A stretch of 64,000 bases of DNA, from positions 24,486-88,485 of the forward strand of contig JANRIL010000046.1 in the NCBI GenBank assembly GCA_033764955.1, written 5' to 3'. Positions within the stretch are counted from its first letter, which is position 1, and the number at the start of each line of letters is the position of its first letter. The notes under the pieces are model-generated. The model did not search any database, was not told the origin of the DNA, and saw nothing but the letters and a program-made list of their open reading frames with translations. This DNA is from Cyanobacteriota bacterium. Its GTDB lineage: Bacteria > Cyanobacteriota > Cyanobacteriia > Thermostichales > Thermostichaceae. The position numbers were made by a program, and so were the translations under genes. Positions 62,785 to 64,000 of this stretch are shown in pieces.

Positions 62785-63663
62785 GTGTCAGTCATTCAGT
62801 GGTATCCAGGACACATTGCCAAAGCTGAGCAACATTTGCGCCAACAACTGCAACGGGTGGATGTGGTTTTGGAGGTAATTGATGCGCGGATCCCGTTGGC
62901 TAGTCGCCATCCCCACGTTAGCCATTGGATTGGCTCTAAGCCCCGTCTCTTGGTCTTCAATAAAATTGATTGCATTCCTGACGAGCTGATAAAGGCTTGG
63001 TCTGTCTGGTTTGCCGAGCAAGGGATCCCGATTTATCCAACCAATGGGCAGTCGGGTCAAGGTGTGCAACGCCTCAAACAAGCCACCCTTGCCTTGGGAT
63101 CCCATGTCAATCAACGTCGGCAAAGCAGGGGAATGCAGCCTCGTCCGGTGCGGGCGGTGGTGATTGGATTTCCTAATGTGGGCAAATCGGCGCTCCTCAA
63201 TCGTCTGATTGGGCAACGGGTCGTCGCCAGTGCTGCCAAGCCAGGAGTCACGAAGCAGTTGCATTGGGTGAGATTAGGGGCAGCCTTGGATTTATTGGAT
63301 GCACCAGGGGTGATTCCTCCACGGCTAGACGATCAAGGGGTGGCGGTTAAATTGGCCATTTGTGATGATATCGGTTCGGCAGCTTACACCCCAGAGTTGA
63401 TTGCAGCAGAGTTACTAGAACTTTTGCTGCACCATCATCCCCAAGGGGAAGCAGCTCTGAATAACCGTTATGGAGAGTTTGATCCTCAAGCCAGAGGCAG
63501 TGAAATGTTGGTGGCTCTCGCAGAGCAGAAGGTTCAGGGTAACGAAAACCGTATGGCACAGCAGATCTTGCAAGATTTCCGTAAAGGTAACCTGGGACGA
63601 TTGGCTCTGGAATGTCCCCCGCCTGGGCTGTTGGATCCCTCTCATCCAAAAGATCACCACTAG
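62785..63663 (+). CDS. ylqF: Ribosome biogenesis GTPase YlqF/RbgA
   Basis: WYPGH, DARIP, NKID, GFPNVGKS and DAPG motifs. Confidence 0.93.
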   Translation: MSVIQWYPGHIAKAEQHLRQQLQRVDVVLEVIDARIPLASRHPHVSHWIGSKPRLLVFNKIDCIPDELIKAWSVWFAEQGIPIYPTNGQSGQGVQRLKQATLALGSHVNQRRQSRGMQPRPVRAVVIGFPNVGKSALLNRLIGQRVVASAAKPGVTKQLHWVRLGAALDLLDAPGVIPPRLDDQGVAVKLAICDDIGSAAYTPELIAAELLELLLHHHPQGEAALNNRYGEFDPQARGSEMLVALAEQKVQGNENRMAQQILQDFRKGNLGRLALECPPPGLLDPSHPKDHH

Positions 63664-63861
63664 GCTCCCCCTGCCCCGACCAAAAGGCTCCCCACACCCT
63701 GCCGACTGTCCACAGATCCCAGCCTTGATGAAAATATTGTCATTCCGGATAAGAATGCGACTAGCCAAGTCACTCTAACCAAGCTGTGATAGGCTTTACG
63801 ATTCTCAAATTAAATTGGAATGACTATATTCGTCAGTATTGAGGCTCATAACGTCTCATTC

Positions 63862-63960
63862 GTGACGTACTCCCATCACCGATGCAAACATACGGTGTGG
63901 GCTTCTCCATCCTTTTCAGGACTTCGCGTTTTATAGTGAGGCGACGCCCAACCCCACTTG
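63862..63960 (-). mobile_element. Probable right end of an IS200/IS605 (tnpB) element or remnant
   Basis: Minus strand encodes ...VGLGVASL* (cyanobacterial TnpB-like C-terminus), then GAAGCCCACACCG..CGGTGATGGGAGTACGTCAC subterminal hairpin ending TCAC. Confidence 0.5.
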
Positions 63961-64000
63961 GAAACACCATAGCAAAAGTTGGTCGGCTAGTCCAAATTGT

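Overview
This is a cyanobacterial chromosome segment. The pervasive GGGATCCC octamer and genes such as petE, petM, psbY, psbP, cpcT, dgdA, ebsA and group-2 sigma factors point to a Thermostichus / hot-spring Synechococcus-like lineage (inferred). Most of the window is unlinked housekeeping genes plus tRNA-Ser(UGA) and a probable 6S RNA. Accessory DNA stands out in three places. (1) At 1981-5551 there is an integrase-less integron cassette array: three attC-terminated cassettes encoding a PIN-domain protein, an ABC-ATPase/TOPRIM (OLD-like) nuclease and an Mrr-like restriction endonuclease. It abuts a cas-less type I-B-like CRISPR mini-array and may have inserted inside one of its spacers. (2) At about 24.2-25.8 kb and 45.4-46.5 kb are two homologous Mu-like prophage relics with decayed MuF and virion-morphogenesis flanks around different toxin-domain/partner payloads. 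(3) There is an IS1 relic and a probable IS605/tnpB right end. A large hybrid kinase carries a DXCF cyanobacteriochrome GAF domain. All calls are by eye from motifs; no database searches were run.
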